Of a stretch of 64,000 nt of DNA, positions 36,148 to 48,896 are shown piece after piece. The stretch is taken from contig JAPETS010000027.1 of assembly GCA_026023565.1 (NCBI GenBank), positions 186,001 to 250,000 of the forward strand, in the 5' to 3' direction. The stretch comes from Cirrosporium novae-zelandiae. Its lineage: Eukaryota. Position 1 is the first letter of the stretch, and each line of letters begins with the position of its first letter. The translations under genes were made by a program, and so were the position numbers. The notes under the pieces were generated by a model. It ran no database searches. It worked only from the letters and a program-made list of their open reading frames with translations, and was not told where the DNA came from.

Positions 36148-38889
36148 ATGTGGGGACATTGGCTACAAGCCTTGATATGGATGAAGAATCGACTTCCGGC
36201 TTGGGCAATCAAGAAGAAACGGTTCAACTTCATCACATTACATTATATATATATCCTCGGAATGATCATATTCACTTCCATCCTTCTCTATCCAGCTGGT
36301 GGTCTACATTACATCGATGCCCTCTTCCTCGCAAGTGGTGCCGTCACTCAGAGTGGATTGAATACCGTCAACATCAACTCTCTTTACCTGTATCAACAAA
36401 TTATCCTTTATCTAATACCCTTTTTCGCAACTCCGATTTATATCCATGGTTTCGTTGTCTTCGTGAGGCTATACTGGTTCGAGAGACGGTTCCAGAATGT
36501 TGTTCAAAATTCCGATCAATGGCGCCGAACACGGTCTCAGGCCAGGACCCCGACTCAAGATAATAATCACGATAAAGCGGAAAGGGGCGTTGCAGGGAGA
36601 CCCATAACCGTCCTTCGCAACACAGGGTTTAGCAAGTCAAACACAGCCCCAGACGACGAAAAGGGGCCACAAGATCGATCAGACAGTATTTCCCCATCAA
36701 CATCTTCCAAAGAAGATTCTGTGCCAAAGGACCTACACGAAGATCAGCCGCCTATATTTCGTCGAGATATCACTTTTGCCGACGAACTTCAGCCGTCAAG
36801 GACTAGAAAAAACTCAGACGATGAGTTCATACGACTTCCTCAACGAATATCGACTGATCAGCATATCGCCTTTCTTGAAAACCAAAGAAACCCCAAGGAT
36901 AAAGTTCTAAGAATCCCAAGCCCCTGGGAATTTGATCGTGGAGGTATGCCTGTTTCGGTGGAAGACGAGGGGGCCGCACTCGCAAGGCAGCGGTCTCGAA
37001 CTACGTCAGTTCGCACGCAGAATACACAGAATACGCAGACTGACGGGAAGGATGAGGATAACTGTGAACTGAATGGCGACGACCATCATCTAAGAAGAGG
37101 AATCACCATTGAAGAGCCAATAAGCCCTCGACAGAAACCAAGGCCCAGTACAAATCCAAATCCGGGTATCAACAGAAGCGCTACGGAAGACACGGTTGAC
37201 CATGCTCGACACTCAAGACTCCGTTCCCAAACTCGACGGCTGTCTAATACCTTCTCAAACCTTCGACCCTCCATGAGCCAGAATAGAGAGAAAGAGCTTG
37301 CTCCCTACCTAAGCTATCAACCTACCATTGGGAGGAATTCTATGTTTGTTGATCTTACTGAAGACCAGAGAGAAGAGCTGGGCGGGATTGAATATAGATC
37401 CCTGAAAACCCTTGCCATTGTACTAGTTGGTGAGCTTCTCTCCGTCCACAGGCTGCATCTCAATAGCCATTTGTACTAATGACATTTAGCATATTACGTC
37501 GGTTTCCACATTTTTGCAGTTATCTTTCTTGTCCCTTGGATTGTCCATAGTTCGACATGGGGCCCATTGGTGGAAAGTGATGGAGTTACTAGAACTTGGT
37601 GGTAAGCATAATCTGTTCTCAATGTTTATAGGGTCTTGCTGAGAAAATCCAGGGGGTTTTTCACAGCTGCTTCAGCTTTTGGGGATGTCGGTTTTACTCT
37701 CACGCCTGATTCTATGATGTCATTCAGGCAGGCAACGCTTCCGCTGCTCGTGATGTCCTTTCTAATCGTAATTGGGAACACTGGGTTTCCATGTATGTTG
37801 CGGCTAGTTATCTGGATGACCTCGAAGGTTGTCACGCGCGGAAGTGGTATCTGGGAAGAGCTCATGTTTCTTCTTGACCATCCAAGAAGATGTTTTACTT
37901 TACTATTCCCACGTCATGCTACTTGGTGGTTATTCTGGATTCTTGTAATCATGAATGGTCTTGACTTGATATTCTTTTTCCTTCTTGATGTAGGTTCAAG
38001 ATTTTCACAGCAAATAAGGGCGCCTAGAAGGCTAATAAGTTACTAGCTCAATGATCCTACCGTCACTGGTATTCCTGCTGGTTATCGCTTTTTGAACGGC
38101 CTTTTTCAGGCATTCTGCACCCGTACCGCTGGATTTTCTTCCGTCAACCTTGCCGACCTCCATCCAGGTATCCAAGTTTCCTATCTTATCATGATGTATA
38201 TCTCCGCCTATCCTATTGCCATCTCTATTCGACAAACAAACGTGTATGAGGAAAAGAGTTTGGGTATCTATGACTCTGCTGAAGATCCTGAAGATCCTGA
38301 AGATCCTGATTCTAAAGAGGGGGAAGGTCAACGGAGTTATATGGGCGCACATTTAAGGCGCCAACTTGGTTTTGACCTTTGGTTTGTATTTTTAGGACTA
38401 TTTATTATTTCGATCGTGGAAGGTACACGGCTTGAAGCAGCAAACGATTTCTATTTTTCACTTTTCTCAGTTCTTTTCGAGATTGTGTCCGCTTATGGTA
38501 CTGTGGGCTTGTCACTTGGATATCCAGGAACCGACCCGTCATTTTCGGCCCAACTTCACACGATTTCCAAGCTGGTGATCATTGCTATGCAAATTCGTGG
38601 GCGGCACCGTGGTCTTCCCTATGATTTGGACCGTGCCGTTTTACTTCCATCAGAAAATCTACAAAAGTCAGAGGCTTTGGATGCTGCGAAAAGAATGCGG
38701 CGCCGATCATCCGTGGTGACTACAGCCGATGCCGACATTAGTGGCGGACGACGGGCAGATGTTGCCACATCAACAGCTCTGGAAGGTAACACGGGTGGAT
38801 CGATAGTCAAGAAGGGACCTATCAAAAAAGGAGTTGGATATGCTATGACTGGTCTTGCACACATGATGCGGCCAGGAGAATCAAGGTGA
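36148..38889 (+). CDS. TRK1: Trk-family K+ transporter; three introns (about 37429, 37582, 37990)
   Basis: Pore motifs 'SGAVTQSGLNTV', 'SAFGDVGFTL', 'TRTAGF', 'SAYGTVGLSLG'; 'ELGGIEYRSLK', 'RGRHRGLP'. Confidence 0.93.
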
Positions 38890-39575
38890 TGATGGGAGGC
38901 TGGGATATGGGAGGAAACACAGTGTAAGAATTGATAGATTTTGGAGTTTAAGGAAAGCATAATTTCTCTATATAGAAAGAGACGAGGGTGGATAGAATCG
39001 CTTTTGCTGGGGGGTTTATTATTATGAGGGGGGTTAGATTCTTTTGTATACATATATGCTATAAATACATAGGACGATGATGCACATTGATTTCATAATT
39101 CATTAGACTTTATAGATTTTATCAAGGGATGTACTTCGAGTAAACAAAGCTTTGGGTTAGGGTTCAATTGGATGGCGTAGCGTGAGTAACTACCCGACAA
39201 GCCGCGGGTTGTCCATCAAAGCACAGCAGATTCCAAGCAAGTTCCCTGTTTCTCATCCCAACTTGCTGTCATACACAAAAGCCCTCATGCAGCCACTTGA
39301 TAATACTTATTTATCAAATTTATCAAGTCTGTCATTAAATTGTAGTAGTTAACCTAGTTATACGCCATCACCACTATTCTGGCTGAACATGGCTTGTCCT
39401 CAAGTACTAATAATACGTTCAGCCCCTACATTTTTTTTCTTAAATGTTTTATCTACTGCTTTTGGAGAGGAGGGTTATATTCGTTATTTAAATCTGCATT
39501 CAATAAACTTGTGTGGGGAATACAGAATCAGGTCCAACAGATTGTTGACCAACAAACAGTGGGGATTTTAAAAGT

Positions 39576-42167
39576 ATGTCTAAGCCATGTTCGGAACATC
39601 AATTAACAACTAGGGGTACTCCACTATGGGACCTTGAAGATGAGGGGAACGCAAATGCAAATGCATTGTGGGACGACTATTCTGACCAAGAGATAATAAC
39701 TCCATCTTGTGTTCAGACAAAGAGAAGTCGGAACCAACAGACGATATCATCCGAGACTAACCCACTTAAGCACCTGACTCGTCAAGTTGAGCAGAAGTCC
39801 AAAAATATAGCGTGTTCGTTATCCCGAATACACAATGGTGACCATGCCCACGGCCGAAGTCGTCATGATCTTCATTCTGACCCTGCCTTCAACCCAAACC
39901 AGTTGTTGCCGAACCAGCGGCCTCCACTGAGGAACACACGAGCCAGAGCGAGGACCGCCGCCAAAAAAATGGCTGCCACCGTCAAAAATCCAAAGAAGGC
40001 GATCAAAGTGTCGGTCAAGGAACAAACTGCTGGCAAGCTCTCCATAGCTCCTCGTCCTTATCTCGGATCTCAAGCGGATCAGGAATTCCTCAAGCTGCAG
40101 GATGAGCACTCCCTCCAGCGTGCGATTATTAACGATTCATCTCACGCGACCTCTAAGAACGGTGACAAAGCTACCAAAGCAATGCCTGAGGCAAAGGTCA
40201 ACAATCTAGAAGAACATAGGAATCAATTGCAAGTGGCATGGATTACGGGGAAACATGTCAATAGGGTTCGAGTGGTACCTTATCGAGAGATTGAGTACCC
40301 ACGATGGCAAGACTATCAACAGTTCGGTCGCGATGGGAAGCTTATACGGCATCAATGGGAGAAATGGCTTGGTCATGTTAGTTTCTCTGCTTGACCTCTT
40401 CTAATGGAATGTTATCTAATACCTTGTATTTTGCAGCTGCTTCTTTACCATGCGCAAGATTTCTCGTCCCAATACATTGACGACTTTAATAAGCTTCCTT
40501 TTGATTTCCATACATTTTCCCGAACCGTCGAACGATTGGTTATGGTTAGTGCCCCCTGGCAAGCATGGTATATGTCAGTACGTTCCATTACAAGGTGGGA
40601 GGATCCCAAGAGAACTGCAAAATGGGCTGTTTTATACATTGCATTGTGGTATAGTGAGCACATAATGGGGTTTCTTGTATGTTTCCCTACTTCGACCGCC
40701 ACAGGGAACGCTGACATTCTATAGTATGGCTATATTATTTACATAGTAATAAGAAATCGCATATATCATGCAAGTATTGAGGACACCAAAGAATCTCTCA
40801 AACGTGCTCTAGATAGACGTCAAACAGCACTTCACTTTGGAGAGGTCGTAGATAAGCATGGCCGTGATGGGTGGCTGGAGCCTCTGTTAGAGGAACTCGG
40901 TCCGTACATCCAACTCCAAGTGGGTGACTTTGCAAATCTACTTGAGGTTCTTGCAAAGTTCGTCTTAGTCCCAGTCGTCAAGTCTAAACCATATAACTGA
41001 CGGACGTCTAGTTTCTATAACTGGAGATCTCCCAAGAATACAGCCTACACGTTAATTACGCTATCAACGTGCCTCTTAATAACACTATTTTGCGATATGG
41101 CATATTGCATGAAGATAATCTGGTTTCTCCTTGGCATGTGGTTCTTCATGTGCAGACCTGTTGCGAGTTTATATCCTAAATACCGCTACCTGGTCTCCCC
41201 TGTAAAATGGGTTCTTTGGAACATACCAACGAACGGTAGGGAAACTCCTATTTCCCCCCCAAATATCTGGCTAACCAATCATTCAGCTGAGTGGTCCTTC
41301 CAGTATCTCCGTCGCAAAGCTGGAGACACCCTCTCCACCGAAGCTAAAAACGAAGCTCATGAGAAACATCATGGCTACTTTGCTCAAACACGCTCGGTCT
41401 CATCTGCAGCATCTGACTCGAGCCATGGTGATGACGAACACGGAGCCGTGCCAACACCCAAGACGCCTACGAGTGAGCACACGATCGATGTACAGAAAGC
41501 CAGAATGCCTACACATGGGGACTCGAAAGACAATGATGATGAATCAGGATTCGTTTCTAGTCGCGAGCAGCAAGACTCCCTCGCGCCCCCTTCTCTATCC
41601 GGGGACACAGAATCATTAACCCGCACGCTCGGCGACTTTAAAGCACGTTGCAATGGCGAAACGGGTCGCCTCCTAATAAACCCCTATGGCCTCAGCTTCA
41701 AACGCCACTTCCCATTCCCCGCCAAAGAAATCTGGTGTCTACCCTTCCTCGACATTATTGAAATAAAAAAGCTGAAAAGCAAAAACACGCTCAAGCTCAC
41801 CACGGGCTTACCACCCACGGGCATCGAATTCGTCGACATCGAGGGCGTAAGCGAGGTCATCGAGGCCATCGACGACAGAGACGAGGTCTTCAATCTCGTC
41901 GTCGCCTTTTCGGGATGCAAATGGATGCCTGCGTATGGAGAGGGCGAAACCGAACATCATGAAGAGGATCACGGCAGCGACGGGGAGGGGGATGGGAGGG
42001 AGAGTATTGGCGGCGTGGAAGTTGGCGTTGCGGTTGCCAGGGAGTTTCGCGTCGCCAGGGCCAGCCAGCAGGTCAGTCCCACACAAATGAAATTGAGCTA
42101 TGAGCGCTTCCATATGCCGGGTGCATATGCGGGTGCCGAACAGCCTTGGAATCAGACTTGGATTTGA
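39576..42167 (+). CDS. Membrane protein with a C-terminal GRAM/PH-like domain (GRAMD4-like); 5' start uncertain; introns about 40378-40436, 40677-40723, 40958-41011, 41236-41286
   Basis: Exons splice in frame: 'ERLVMVSAPWQ..ITRWEDP.RT', 'LGPYIQLQVGDFANLLEVLANFYNW', 'WNIPTNAEWSF', C-terminal 'GRLLINPYGLSF..DRDEVFNLVVAFSG'. Confidence 0.7.
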
Positions 42168-42710
42168 GTTAGTAAAAGGGGGCGGGGGATCCATTGGAGG
42201 CACCCAAGGGAAGAATAAGGTGAGAAAGATGAAGGAGGGGAAGGGAAACGAAACGAGATGGCCGATACCCACCTATCCACTCACCCAACCGCCAACTCGC
42301 CGTTCCTGTTCCAGCCAGCGAGCGAGGTCGCGATATCCAATATCAAATACGGAAGACGAATAAATATATCCAGGCGATATATATATACCCCCCGGCCCTC
42401 CCCAACCTCCGTATATGTATATGGCGAATGTGTGGATCCTATGTATTGAATACATGGCATGGCGTGGCATGACATGACCCACAATGAACAATGATCTTAA
42501 CAACAACGACGGGACGGACGGGCGGTTGCTTGTCCAGGCCCAGGGGGGATATTATTATTAAATAAAGCCCCCCCTTTTTATATATGTGTATATTTGGGGT
42601 TTTGGAATTGGGATTTCCTTTTTTGGGGGAGGGGGGTGGATGTGGATGCGAATATAGATGCAAATGTAAATGCGAAATGTAAATGTGATAAGAATAACAC
42701 GATGATGCCT

Positions 42711-42758
42711 TTCTTCTTCTTCTTCTTCTTCTTCTTCTTCTTCTTCTTCTTCTTCTTC
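42711..42758 (+). repeat. (TTC)16 microsatellite in a low-complexity convergent intergenic region
   Basis: Counted directly. Confidence 0.95.
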
Positions 42759-43157
42759 CTTCTACCCCGCGCGCGCGTGTGTGCATGTGTATATGTGTGT
42801 TAGGACTCTCAGTCTCAGTCAGTCAGGAGGGGATTGAGATTGGGATAGAGGTATGTATATGTATGTGTATGTGTGTGGGTATGGGTATTTATGTAAATTG
42901 GGTGGGTTTTGGGTTGTCGTTGTGAAGGATAGAGTGGAGGGAGGGAGGAGAGGGGGGGTGAGGTTTTTATATGTACTGTACTGCGCTTTACATTGTGTTG
43001 TGAACCCACTTATCATCCTACACCCAAAGCAAAAAGGCAAAGAGCAAAAACATAAAACCCCAAGTGTTGCAAAAAAAAAAAAGCAAAACAAATCAATAAT
43101 CAGCCTCATCCCACCCTTCATCCCACCCTCCTCTCCCCTTCCTTCCCTCTTCCAATT

Positions 43158-45342
43158 CTACCCCCCCACTACTATTCCAACCTTCTCATCCAACCACCCC
43201 TCCAATCCCATCCCCTTCTCACTCAAAATCTGGATCTCAGCCTTCACATTCAACATTAGCATTATCTGCAACGTTGTCCTCATCCCCACTTCTTCTCCTT
43301 CTTCTTCTTCTTCCTCCTCTCCCACTCTCCCCAATATCCCAACACATAACCTCCGATCCCTCCTCGTCATTCTCAATAATTTTTCTTCTTCATCTTTCGG
43401 ATTTTCTGTCATTGTTGTTGTTGTCGTTGTTGGCACGATATCCTCGATCCGCGGTCCCAACCAGTATATGTTGGGGGTAACGAGATTTTCGTTTTCGTGC
43501 GCGAGGGATTGAGAGCCGTGCGTGTAGGTTCGGAGGATTGATAGGCCCCAGGGGTCATGGTCGGTTAGGGCGAGGATTGGAGGCTTTAGAGTTGGTGTGG
43601 GGGTTAGGGAGAGGGAGTGGAGGAAGTGGCGGGAGGATATATCCGGAAAACCTTTTGCCTGGTGAGTTTAAAGGGGGTTGGGGGTTAGTTTTAGGGGGTG
43701 AGTAAGGAAGGTGGGGAAGAAGAGTGCGCACCGTCATGATTATACCGGGACCACAGGGTGTGCGGTCGTGCCAGCGGGATACGACGAGCGTCCGGAATGT
43801 AGCCTGGAAATAATAGGTGAGATTTGGTAGTTTGTTGGACTTGGATTGGATGGATCGGGTGAGTTAGGGGGAGGGATTTACTTCTTTTTCGATTACCAAG
43901 ATGAATTTTATTAGGGAGAGGTCGAAGAAGTGAATTTCGTGCGCGTTGGGGATTAGGAGGCCCTAGATTTGGGAGGGAGATGAGTTTTTTTTCTGGTGGA
44001 TATTTGTATGGGGATGAAGATGGGATGGGGGGTGGAGGGGATGGATATACCTCATCTTCCATGCAACAGGAAATTACGGTTCCGTTTTTATGTGTGTAGG
44101 AAAACTTTCCGGAGACTAGTCCTTTGGCTGCAGCGACCTTTTGAGGGTATGATTAGTCGACATTTAGGGGGTATCGGGAAAAGAATTCTTGGCTGACCAC
44201 ATTGAGGCAGCTTCTGGTCGTGTTGAGAGTGTATGCGATGTCATCGACATAGCGGTTTACGACTTCTTGTTTGAGGAAGAGCTTGGGGTCTTTGTAGTAG
44301 ATGTCCCTTTTCGTTGTAATCTGTCCGCTGACCAAAGCCTGGAGGATGAGCTCTAAAATGCGAAGGAGAACAGCTATACTCGAGGATCAGATCAAGATAC
44401 GACATTAGTTGCTGAAGGGATAAACGAACAAAATCTCCGTTCTTCTTGTGGGGATGGTGCTGGAAATAAAAGGATGCGGAAACCCGAGGCTGGTTTCGCT
44501 TGAGAAGAAGCTGTCTTTGTCGTTGGGCGAGGCCTGTAAGGTAGGATCAGTAGGTCGGAGGGGAAAGATTCTCGCATGTATGATAGAAGAAAGCGAAGCT
44601 TTGACAGAGTAGATGATCGAAATGGGAAAGCCCCTAGAAGGTCAGAGTTGACGCGCTCTGTTAGCTCGGCTCTGCGAACTGTTTCGAGCTTCTTAACCTT
44701 CTTCAGGGGACAACTCCTTGCTTGGATCTTGAGTTCGGAATTAGAAAGAGAAAGTTTTTGAGATGTAGTGAAATATTCTGAAGAGGATTTAGAGAAATGG
44801 ACTTGAGAGGTTGAGGGAGTAAGTATTTCTTCGGAGTCACTTGATTCCAATAATATCATATCTTCATTATTGTCGTGTATATCGAGGTAGTTGGTAGATA
44901 ATGGGTTAAAAATCAACTCCACTTTTGCATCAAACAGCTGCTCGTCATCAGAATCATTCAAGAAGAGCTCTTCGGCTCCATTTTCAAAGTCATAAGGAAA
45001 AAGTGGATGCTCTTCATCAAGCATCTCTTCTTGGTCAGAGTCTTCTAGCAAAATATCCTCAAACAGATTTGCAGAAGTGTTGAAATTTGATGTGTTTTCT
45101 GTTTCAAGCATATCGTCTCCATCAGGGTATCTGTATATAGAAGCTCCTATAAGAATGTCTTCTATTATGTCCATGTTTTCGGCTCTAAGATGTTCGGCAT
45201 CGGCATCGGAATCGGCACCGAGCATAATATCCTCGTCAAAGTTATGTAGTTGTGAAGCCGGCTTCTCTAGCAAGGAGAGTAGAAGCTCATCATCTTCGAC
45301 CATGATTACATCTATGTTATGGTGGGAATTAGAGAGAATCAT
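43158..45342 (-). CDS. SPO11: Meiotic DSB transesterase Spo11 (Topo VI A); exons 45342-44430, 44373-44198, 44137-44051, 43962-43882, 43803-43732, 43658-43158
   Basis: Five GT-AG introns give a continuous frame with the catalytic 'TKRDIYY', 'LNVVAAAKGLV', Toprim 'ILVIEKEATF', 'TAKGFPD', 'TDHDPWG' (DxD) and 'KAEIQ'. The exact start Met is less certain. Confidence 0.92.
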
Positions 45343-45344
45343 GC

Positions 45345-45354
45345 ATCACCCCAC
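45345..45354 (+). promoter_or_regulatory. Sterol regulatory element (SRE-1-type) ATCACCCCAC
   Basis: Exact match to the canonical SREBP site, about 270 bp upstream of the lanosterol synthase ATG. Confidence 0.55.
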
Positions 45355-45622
45355 CAAGAATATATAGATCCGAAGCCGAGTAGTTGGAAGTCAAGTTAAG
45401 CTTATCAATTCATCTAGTCGTTCCTAGACCATCGTGGCTGCTTCCCTGATCCTGATCCTCATTCTTCGGCTTCGATGATCCCGGAATGACCTGAGGTCTC
45501 TTGTTACTCCAAGTTTTCCCCCACCTTAGATATTTTCCCATTTCTATACTCTAAATACTTGCGTTGTATTTTCTAACCACATAGCTCTATGACCATCTCC
45601 ACTCCTTGAATACAACAATCCA

Positions 45623-47913
45623 ATGGCAAGAATAAAGGCGTCAACCCCCACCCACAATGCTGCGGCGGCTACTGGTACCAATGAGGCCACAATACCTAGC
45701 ATCGAGGCGGTGTCGCAATCAACGGAAAAAACTGATCTTCTTAGATGGAGACTATTAGATGAAAGAGGTCGTCAGACTTGGCATTATTTGGAAAGCGATA
45801 AGGAGATGGAGGAATGGCCACAGACAACTGCAGAGCGCTGGTACCTAGGACTTGATACTGTTTGTAGGATTTCAAACCATGGAATAAGAATTAAGACTAA
45901 TTTTTATTATTTCAGAATCAACCAATTCTTCCATTAGCGAAATCTGTGATGCAATCAGCTGAAAATGGTTTCACCTTCTTTGAGAAGCTCCAACTTGCGC
46001 CAGGCAACTGGGGTTGTGAATATGGCGGGCCGATGTTTCTCCTCCCAGGATATGTAATAGTTTGTTATGTTACGAATACCCCGATTCCAAAGGCACACTC
46101 GATAGAGATCAAGAGATATCTCTATAATCGCCAACACCCAGTAGATGGAGGGTGGGGTTTACATATTGAAGGCCATACATCTGTCTTCGGAACGGCGATG
46201 AATTACGTGGCTATGCGATTACTAGGAGCTAGCGAAGATGATCCTCGATTAATTAAGGCAAGGGCAACATTACATAAACTCGGAGGCGCTATCGCTGGGC
46301 CACATTGGGCAAAATTCTGGCTCAGTGTCCTTGGAGTAATGGAATGGGATGCTTGTAACCCTGTTCCTCCAGAGCTGTGGCTGCTACCAGACTGGGCGCC
46401 AATAGCACCATGGCGGTGGTGGATTCATATGCGTCAAGTATATGTTCCAATGAGCTACGTCTACTCTAAAAGATTCATCCATCCTTTAACGCCCTTGACC
46501 CGACAATTACGAGATGAGCTCTATACCCAGCCTTATGACACCATTGATTGGGCTGCAAATCGCAACACTATCGCATCCACAGATAACTATCACCCCAAAA
46601 CTTGGATTTTGAAATTTTTGTTCTGGCTTGTTGTGACAGTGTGGAACCCTTTCCTCAAACCAGCTTTCTTGAAAAAGAGAGCGGAAGACTGGACATTCGA
46701 CTTGGTTCGCCGTGAGGACGAGAACACAGATTTTGCGGATCTTGGTCCTGTCAACAAGGTAATGAACATGCTGGTCCGGTTTATTGAAGAAGGCGAAGAC
46801 AGCTACGCCGTTCAACGACATCGAGAACGAAATGAAGATTTCCTATGGGTTAGCAAAGAAGGCATGATGATGAATGGTACAAACGGGGTTCAGACATGGG
46901 ATACTTCTTTCGCCATCCTAGCAGCCGTGGAAGCCGGATTCACGGATGGAAAATGGAAACCCATGCTCCTCCGAGCCCTAGAATTCCTGGAAGACCAGCA
47001 ATTTAGAGAAAACGTAAAAGAACAAAATATCTGCTACCGTCAACAACGCAAAGGTGCCTGGGGATTCAGTACTAAAGCCCAAGGTTACACCGTCTGCGAT
47101 TGCACATCGGAAGCTCTGAAATCGGTGCTCCTTCTCCAAAGAATACCTGGCTACCCAACTCTTATCTCCGATCAGCGTATTGAAGATGCCATCGATACTC
47201 TGCTGACCATGCAAAACACCGGAGGCGGGTTTTCCTCATATGAACCCCAGAGAGGCTCAGAATACATGGAGTATCTCAATGCCGCGGAAGTATTCGGTCG
47301 TATCATGGTCGAATATGATTATCCCGAATGCACCACGTCGACTGTGACGGCATTGAGCATGTTTTCGAAATATTATCCAGACTATCGTACTGACGAGATT
47401 AAAAAAGTAATAGATGGAGCTCTCCAGTATATTAGACGAGCACAGAGAGAAGATGGAAGTTGGTATGGCAGCTGGGGCATCTGTTTCACGTATGCGGGAA
47501 TGTTTGCTCTTGAAAGCTTGGCAAGTATTGGGGAAACCTATCCTAATAGCGAGCGAGTTCGGCGAGGATGTCAATTCTTCCTTGACAGACAGATGCCAGA
47601 CGGTGGTTGGGGAGAATCTTACCGCTCATGTGAAACAGGGGTTTATACCCCCCATGAAAAATCCCAGGTCGTTCAGACTGCCTGGGTGTGCATCGCGCTC
47701 ATGGAGGCAGAATATCCTAAAAAGGAGCCCCTTGAAAAGGCTCTGACGATGATAATGGGAAGACAACAACTGAATGGTGAGTGGTTACAGGAAGCCATTG
47801 AGGGAGTATTCAACAAGTCTTGCATGATCTCATATCCCAACTACAAATTTTACTTCCCAGTTAAGGCTCTGGGAATGTTCGAAAAGAGGTTTGGGAACTT
47901 GGAATTACTCTGA
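45623..47913 (+). CDS. ERG7: Oxidosqualene:lanosterol cyclase; intron about 45860-45915
   Basis: 'RWRLLDERGRQTWHYL', 'EYGGPMFL', 'GGWGLHIEG', catalytic 'VCDCTSE', QW repeats 'QREDGSWYGSWG' and 'QMPDGGWGE'. Confidence 0.96.
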
Positions 47914-48186
47914 TTGATACCAAAATTCATATGCCTTTAATTAGGGCAATGGTATTTCGAGGTGTATTTCATCTGTCCTGTGGATGGTAGTAAGGAGGTA
48001 GCAAGGAAGAAAGAATTATAAATGTAGATGTGCCAAGTCATGTAAACTAATCACCAAGGTACTACAAGTACTTACTTGTATCTAGGTAAGTACAGTACAT
48101 ATAATTAGGTAACTCATAATTTAGAGTGCTATTAGAACTTGCAGCTGGAAGTCGAAGATCGGACCGGATAAAGAGCGACTTCACCG

Positions 48187-48212
48187 TCTTTAGGTCTTTA
48201 GGTCTTTAGGTC
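48187..48212 (+). repeat. (TCTTTAGG)3 tandem repeat
   Basis: tctttaggtctttaggtctttaggtc. Confidence 0.85.
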
Positions 48213-48389
48213 ACTTGTTGATGACCAACTCAGCAGCAATTGAGAATTTAATCTTCAACAAAAAACAACGACGAAAATATTACAATTTTAACATTTTGAT
48301 GATTGGTATTTACCAAAAGTTGCCGGTAGTTACTGAGACGTATCGTTTCCCAACTACTAAAGGGATTCAACTACCCCTCATTTTCAGAC

Positions 48390-48896
48390 ATGGCCGCTCC
48401 CACCTCTGTCGCTCAAAAGCGTCTCTTCACAGAGTACAGACAACTCTCTAAATCGCCTCCTGATGGTATAACCGCCTATCCTATTTCCGAGAGCAACCTC
48501 TTCACTTGGGAAGCTCTCCTTACCGCCCCTCCGGGAACGCCATATTCTCCCGGTGTCTTCCCCTGCCGTCTAACTTTTCCTACCGACTACCCTCTTTCTC
48601 CACCGAAGCTCACGTTTACACCTCCTATATTTCACCCCAACGTCTACCCCAATGGTGAAGTCTGTATCTCAATATTACACGCTCCGGGTAATGACCCGAT
48701 GGGTTACGAAAGGGCAGAGGAGAGGTGGAGCCCTGTACAGAGCGTTGAGAAAATCTTGATAAGTGTGATGAGTTTGTTAGCGGAACCAAATGGAGAAAGT
48801 CCTGCAAACGTCGAGGCAGCTGTTATGTGGAGAGATAGAAGAGGGGATTTTGAAGAACGGGTCAGAGAGGAGGTCAGGAGGAGTCTGGGATTATAA
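48390..48896 (+). CDS. UBC7: Ubiquitin-conjugating enzyme E2, Ubc7/UBE2G type, intronless
   Basis: '[25 protein letters not shown]...[13 protein letters not shown]' with the Ubc7-type loop after the catalytic Cys. Confidence 0.93.
   Translation: MAAPTSVAQKRLFTEYRQLSKSPPDGITAYPISESNLFTWEALLTAPPGTPYSPGVFPCRLTFPTDYPLSPPKLTFTPPIFHPNVYPNGEVCISILHAPGNDPMGYERAEERWSPVQSVEKILISVMSLLAEPNGESPANVEAAVMWRDRRGDFEERVREEVRRSLGL

Noticed and set aside
39156..39165. GGGTTAGGGT telomere-like motif
   Set aside because: Fewer than two full units, consistent with chance
42100..43512. Several ORFs with poly-F, poly-R or poly-S runs
   Set aside because: They arise from (TTC)n and other simple repeats, or are antisense to the last SPO11 exon
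20123..47913. ERG20 and ERG7 in one window as a triterpene biosynthetic cluster
   Set aside because: They are about 24 kb apart, separated by unrelated housekeeping genes, with no P450 or other tailoring enzymes; ERG7 keeps the lanosterol-type Val two residues before the catalytic Asp
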